Of a stretch of 64,000 nt of DNA, positions 57,504-64,000 are shown in pieces (position 1 is the first letter of the stretch; each line of letters starts with the position of its first letter). A program made the position numbers and the translations under genes. Location of the stretch: assembly GCA_964016885.1 (NCBI GenBank), contig OZ024742.1:278194001-278258000 (forward strand), written 5' to 3'. The notes under the pieces were generated by a model. The model was not told where the DNA came from, ran no database searches, and saw only the letters and a list, made by a program, of their open reading frames with translations. The DNA comes from Eledone cirrhosa (taxonomy: Eukaryota).

Positions 57504-60500
57504 AGAATATATTAATAAATGGAAACTATATTTAAAAAAACATATTTATTTTATTATACATACTTCAAGGGCAACCATGGAAAATTATGGTGCGCTTTCA
57601 TCAGATAAAATACAGATTTGTTTTATAAATAAATATTGACATACCCGGAAAAAAAGACAACCTGAACGGTTGTAGCTTCCTGGATAGTGGAGATATTACA
57701 TTTATTGAGGGTGATACAAAATTATGAGTGAGTATGCAAATGGGTGTCCGAAAGGTTGAAAAGATAACGGTTTATTTAAATTAAACTGTTGGAAGAAGGT
57801 GATATGTGAGGGAGAGAGAAAAAAAGAAAAAAAGAAAAAAAGAAAAAAAAAAGAAAAAAAGAAAAAAAGAAAAAAAGAAAAAAAAGAAAAAAGAAAAAAA
57901 GAAGAAAGAAATGAGAAAGATAGAAAGAACGATTATATATATTTACAGTGAAAATAGCGTGCATGAAGAGATGAGTTTCAAAGGATAAATACACAGCGTA
58001 AGTATATTTAAGTGAGAGAAGAAATGAAGAAATGAGAATAACGTGGAAGAATAATATTTAGAATGCAGGATTCATTATGTTTTGATTATAATAGTTATAA
58101 TGATAGGTTGAAAAATTAGATTATAATTAAATTAAAATTAAAAAAATTAGAAATCAAAATTAAAGATTAATATTAAAGATTTAATTTAATAATTTAATAA
58201 TTAGTTTAAATGTTTATGTTAAGGATTATAAATTATTTAAATAAATATATATTATTTTACATTAGAGCAAATCTAGTATAGTTTATTTTATTTAAAGTTG
58301 TAAGTCAAAAATTTTAAACATCCAAATAATTCTAAATTTATGAAAATTTTCGAGAGTTTACAAAAGAATAACCACTTAGTTATATTATAAAAACAGTAAG
58401 GAAGTGTAAAGGAAGTCATAAGTGATTTTCTAAGAACTCAGATGACTCTAAGGATTAAATGTTATGAAGTTAAAAATTTAAACATTTTTATCTTAAGAAT
58501 ATATTTAAAGCATAAACCATAGGTTACTCCACATATATATTTTAAAAAATCATATGTTTTTCCACATATATATAAACATTTGGATATATATATTAAAAAC
58601 GTTTGAAAATATAAGAATATAAAATATAATAATATAAAAATATTGGAAGGTATGAAAATAATGGTTTTTTCTATATCTTTTAAAGGAATTTTCAAAAGAT
58701 TTTCTTAAAACCTTCCGTAAGGTTTTCATGAAAAAATTTTCCTTAAAGGAGTTTCAAGCAGTCATATAAAGAAATTTTATAATCTATCGATAGGTGTAAT
58801 AATATATATGTGAAGTAGAGATAATAGAAAGTAAATTAAATATATGAATCATATATAGATATAGAAGACATTATGTAAAAGAGTAATCATATATTACATT
58901 TTATATATATATTTAAAAGTTGAGTTTAATCGATGTTTGCAGGAACTGAATAAATTATTTCGCAAATTAATAGAGTTCTTACTTTTTAGTATAAAGAATA
59001 TTTCTTCAGCACAAAGGGAGCAATTTTGGGATGAAGCAGTGTATGAAGGAGCTTTGGAAATAATTTTCCAAAGTAAAGAATAGTTAATGTTCTTGGATTT
59101 CAAGTCCCATAATAAATTAGATAGAGAAGTTCAAGATTTTTTACCAATATTCGTAAAACAACATTTATGGTTATTAAAACGAGATTTGAAGTCCGTGGAA
59201 GTAGAGACGACATAGTTAAATTTGTTTTGACATTACAACTGTATACTATATTTTTAAATAAACAATTATTATTTAGAGGACAGTTAGATTTATTTCTACA
59301 ATTACATTTATCTAAATTTATATTATTGGGAGCCGTAACATTATATTGGATATTGCTAGGGGTATTAATGCTATTCTGGTTAGGTTTTAAGTTTCTATTA
59401 TTAATTCTATTAATATTCTGCGCTAAATTCATAGTGGTGGAATATGAGAGTTTAATAGTATGTCTATTAAACATTGAGTAATACCTGTGTCCTAGGAAAG
59501 CACCTATCTAGAGCTTTAAAGAATAATTTAGCAATAGGAGTTTTAATACTTAATGAGAAAGGGGGAGCGAACCATAATATATTTCTAGTTCTATTCTTTC
59601 TTTTGGTTTTCGAGTTAGTGTTAGGGTTTGTATTATACTATTTATAGTTATGGTTAGTTGGCACATCCTTATTATCAATGTATTTAATTTTATTACTATA
59701 GCCTGCTCTACCTAACGCTTCGTTATAATATTGTGCCTTATCTTCAAATATATTTTTATTAGTTGAAATTCTAGAAATACGTTGCTGCACAGAATTTACA
59801 ATAGTGTTTTTAACGGATCTGGGGTGATTGGAATTAAAGTTAACATAATTTAAATTCTCATTTATTTTATGAAATGGATAAAGACCAGTATTAAGGTTTA
59901 AAGTTACATCTAAAAAATTAACTATTTTATAATTATTCTCTACTTCTACTTTAAAATTAACGCTATTAAAAAGTTGTATAATTTCTTTTCTTTTCCTATT
60001 TATTTCACAATTATTATTATTTTCAATAAGTAATAGCATATCGTCACGATATAAACCACCGGTCATCTCCGGTATTTTCCTATGTAAAGTATTGTTAATA
60101 AAAAGCCCCATAAGATCCGTTAATTGCGGCGAGTCCGATAATCCCATAGTGATATCGAAATTGTTATCTCTGTCTGCTCTAGTCCAAAGGTGGTTGCTAA
60201 ATTTAATTAATGTTTTACGTGCAGTTAAGATAATGTGCATTTCATTGCTACTTAAATCTGTATATTTAAATGCATATGTAAGGGCTTTATTAAGTAGATT
60301 AGGAGTGATAGATGAGTAATAATTAGCAATATCCAATTGAATGAATTTATTGTTATGCTTATATTTAATGTCCTTAAACCAATCGATAACTTCATTAGTC
60401 CCATTCCATAATTTTAAATAAGATATTTCCTTAAGTTGTGGTATGATTCTATCTAAAATATTCTTGGTAAGTATGCCAAGGTCCGATTTGGATGGTGCAA

Positions 60501-60705
60501 TCAATCTAACTGGTAATTCAATTTCAAAATTACTTTTATGGTCCTTCAGATTAATTTTTGGTTTCCTAGGTATGAAGGGTTGAGTCCTATTTTCGATGCC
60601 TAATTCCTGCATTATATAAGAAGCTTCAGTATGTTGAGTGCTTTATGTCTGTTATAAAAATTGTTTAAGCTTGAAGAATCCCAACAAATTAAATATAACC
60701 TCTGC
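57504..60705 (-). mobile_element. 5'-truncated Penelope-like retroelement (RT + GIY-YIG) with 1.3-kb 3' region and terminal HHR
   Basis: ORF 59638-60612 with FIQLDIANYY, FDITMG, GLYRDDML, NFLDVT and SNHP; 58894-59474 with CNCRNKSNCPL..NIVYSC, CSLCAEE and CKHR; (TA)n on both sides. Confidence 0.94.
57547..57612 (-). ncRNA. Type I hammerhead ribozyme (PLE terminal), A15.1G variant
   Basis: UAUUUUAU-CUGAUGA-AAGcGC-ACCAU...AUGGUuGCcCUU-GAAG-UAUGUA-UA^-AUAAAAUA. Confidence 0.8.
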
Positions 60706-60730
60706 ATATATATATATACATATATATATG

Positions 60731-60839
<109 letters not shown>

Positions 60840-62314
60840 ATAATATATATATTATACACACACACACAAATATATATATATATTTAAATCTACATACATA
60901 CATACATATATACATACATTTACGTATGTATATAACTATGCATTTATACATTTGTAATTATACATGCATTTATATTTAAGTGTGTAAGGATGTTGATATG
61001 ATCTATGTCTTCTTTTTTTGGTAAGGAGAACATTTTTGTCGCCAGATTTTATTACTTAGGGAGTTTAGATACCACACTTCTGGCTGAAAGCAGACCAGCT
61101 TCTCAACTTCATCAATAACTAACGCCGGCCTGTGTGTGTATATATATGTGTGTGTGTATGTATGTGTATATATGTGTGTGTGTATGTATGTATGTATGTA
61201 TGTGTGTGTATGTTCACCACTATTGCTTCTCCTTCTCATTTCTGTGGAAGTAGACCTTATTTTCATTCGCCTTGATTTCTATTGATTTTCTTTTATCTCC
61301 CTAGGGAATTCGTTGACAAGCTTCTTTAATTTATTTTCTTTGTTTTCTTCATTCAAATCACTGGCTCTCTAAGAGACGTACAAACATGACTTGTAAAACT
61401 TACCAAACTAAAGGGGCTTCTAGCGCCCTCAACGCCCCCTAACGCCCCTCTGGAGCCACGAAACGCCCCCCGAAGGGGCATATGCCCTCCGTTGAGAACA
61501 TTTACTCTAGAGGATTTATTTTTATTGAAAGCATATGGTTAAGTTTTAAGTTTGAGCATAACTGTTCGTCTTAAAATACCTTTAAAATCAAAGTGACATA
61601 AAAAAAAATCCCCCAATTATAAAGAAAACAATATTTGAACTCAATAATTCACTTACTTTTAAGATTTTCCCCTCGATTTAATTTTCCCATTCTATATTTT
61701 TGTCACAATCTTACACACAGCACAATAGTTTACGGTTCATAATGTAGATTTTAATATCTTTCCATTAACAAATAACTGTCGTCTCTTGACATCTTAAGTT
61801 ACCAGTATTTCTAACAAAGCATCCGTTTTCCTGTATTTATTGCTCTGAAAGAACTCGCAATTTTTTTTGGCATAAGTTATTTTTTAAACGGTATTTCACT
61901 ATCTAGTACTTTAGTATAATTTATTTCCTGAGGTAAGGACTATATACTTTTTTCTTTTCTTTTCTACCTGGTCTTTCACTTAATTTAAACTGATTTAAAT
62001 CTAATTATTAAACATTTCTTAGCTAAAATATACCCAACGCATTCATATTATATTTACAATCAATAAATAACCTTATATATTATATTCTACTGTCGCCATA
62101 AATATACATTATATATTCAAAATATCTTCTCTTTAACCTAATTACTTTATTAGTTTATTATTTTTACTGTGTCTTTGCTACACAGATATACACAACAGAA
62201 CGCATTGGTTTCTAATCTAGTCTCAAGGCTAACAATTACCTTTTTTTTTTGAGGGGTGTAATTTTTGGAGGAAAGTGAAAGTCTATTAAATCGATCTATT
62301 ATTTGACCAGCACA

Positions 62315-62510
62315 GGGCGGTGGATTGGCAGTATCGGTAGAGGGTCGGGCGACATGCTTTTCAGCATAGAGTTATGGCCCTTTATGATCTGAGTTCAAAT
62401 CCCGCCGAGGTCAACTTTGCCTTTCATCCTTACGGGGTCGATAAAATAAAGTACCAGTCACGCACTGGGGCGATTTAATCGACTTCTCTTCCCCCAAAAT
62501 TGATGGCCTT
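62315..62510 (+). mobile_element. Main SINE, full length
   Basis: Matches family consensus. Confidence 0.93.
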
Positions 62511-62554
62511 GCGCCATCAATTTTGGGGGAGGAGAAGTCGATTAAATCGAACAC

Positions 62555-63030
62555 CTCGCAAATCGGGGAGATCGGCACTTTACTGGAGGAATACGAAAGG
62601 TTCAGAGGAGCGAAGCTGAACCGGGACAAATCCGTCGGTTTGCAGCTCGGAACGTGGAGAGGCAAACCGGATGCCTTCCGATGACGTCGTCGGACGCTGG
62701 ACGGAAGGACCGGTAAAGCTGCTCGGGGTCTGGTTTGGTCCTGACCTCCAGGTGGAGAAGAACTGGAACGAGGTGACGGCCAAGGTGTTTGCGCTCACCC
62801 AGAAGTGGGCTGAGTGCAAACTATCCTTGAAAGGTGGAGCGGAGGTGGCGAACACTTTTATAGCGTCCGTCATCTACTACCGCTTGACCGTTGTGTCCAG
62901 CCAAAACACTCACCGAAATGGAGCGCGCGCTCTTCCAATTCCTTTGGAAGAAACGGGCTCTTTTGGTGAGAAGATCCATCTGCTGCCAACACCCTTCAAA
63001 TGGAGGGCTTGAGCTCTGCCGTCGGGTCAT
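62555..63030 (+). pseudogene. Tx1/L1 LINE ORF2 internal fragment
   Basis: WTEGPVKLLGVWFGPDLQVEKNWNEVT..KLSLKG, highly similar to 17140-17600 (-). Confidence 0.93.
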
Positions 63031-63036
63031 ACTTTT

Positions 63037-63071
<35 letters not shown>

Positions 63072-63507
63072 TGTAAGTATGTATGAATATATATGTGTGT
63101 GTATTCGTGCATGTACATATATACAGAAGCACTTCTGCTAAATAGGCTTCAGTAAACAGCCAGAATGAAATTATCTATCTCTTCATATATCGTAATGTTG
63201 GTTTCACCAACCAGATTCCAATATATTGCCACGAAACAACGTTATGTTTTATGTTCAGCTTTGGTAATGGAAACAGAATTATGCTTTCCACATTGAACAA
63301 AAATGTCTTCTTAGCTTATCTAATGTATGTTTTTATACGTTTTTCCTTTTTCGGTGCAATATCTCTAGAAGACACTAGCTATGATGCACTCCACTCATGT
63401 GTTTGTTAGGCATTTCCCAATTAAAGGCCATTATCATTGACACTGGTACAGCTGCATATTTCTGAGAATGAATGTAACTGTCCCTGGTGATATATATATA
63501 TAAATGT

Positions 63508-63598
<91 letters not shown>

Positions 63599-63744
63599 TG
63601 TGTGTGTGTCTGTGTGTGTGTGTGTATAAATATATATGTATATATATATAATATCTATTGCATTTATATATATGTGTGCATATTTATACACACACGCACA
63701 CACATATATATATATTTATGAAATACATATATAATATATGTTTG

Positions 63745-63785
<41 letters not shown>

Positions 63786-63800
63786 ACACATACACACACA

Positions 63801-63870
<70 letters not shown>

Positions 63871-64000
63871 TGCGCGTGTGTGTGTGAAAAGTAAACGGAA
63901 AAAAAAGAACAGACGATGATGTACATTGAAGATATATATTAGTTTCAGTTTCATATAGTACGAACAGTCTTAACGTTTCGAACGTTATTCCTGCATCAGA

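Overview
Repeat-saturated, AT-rich eukaryotic DNA with no recognisable host exon. The SINE families and microsatellite load suggest a cephalopod (octopus-like) genome; this is inference only. Almost all ORFs in the track are microsatellite translations. The window holds many (TA)n/(CA)n/(GA)n/trinucleotide tracts, about 15 copies of two tRNA-derived SINE families, and decayed Tx1/L1-, RTE- and R4-type LINEs. It also contains a non-autonomous Helitron, a 7.2-kb hAT (Buster/Charlie-type) shell with nested insertions, and two Penelope-like elements (PLEs; RT plus GIY-YIG, frameshifted). The main hidden signal is RNA-level. At least six type I hammerhead ribozymes (HHRs) have intact CUGANGA/GAAA/NUH cores, and about eight more are degenerate. 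Nearly all have palindromic stem III and lie about 20-135 nt upstream of a junction with (TA)n. Some sit at the 3' end of the coding PLEs. Others sit in short non-coding 340-520 bp terminally redundant units that look like a retrozyme (circular-RNA retroelement) family, or in fold-back structures that include a 1.7-kb zero-spacer palindrome. All ribozyme calls are by-eye base-pairing and were not computed or assayed. Repeat boundaries are approximate unless motif-defined.
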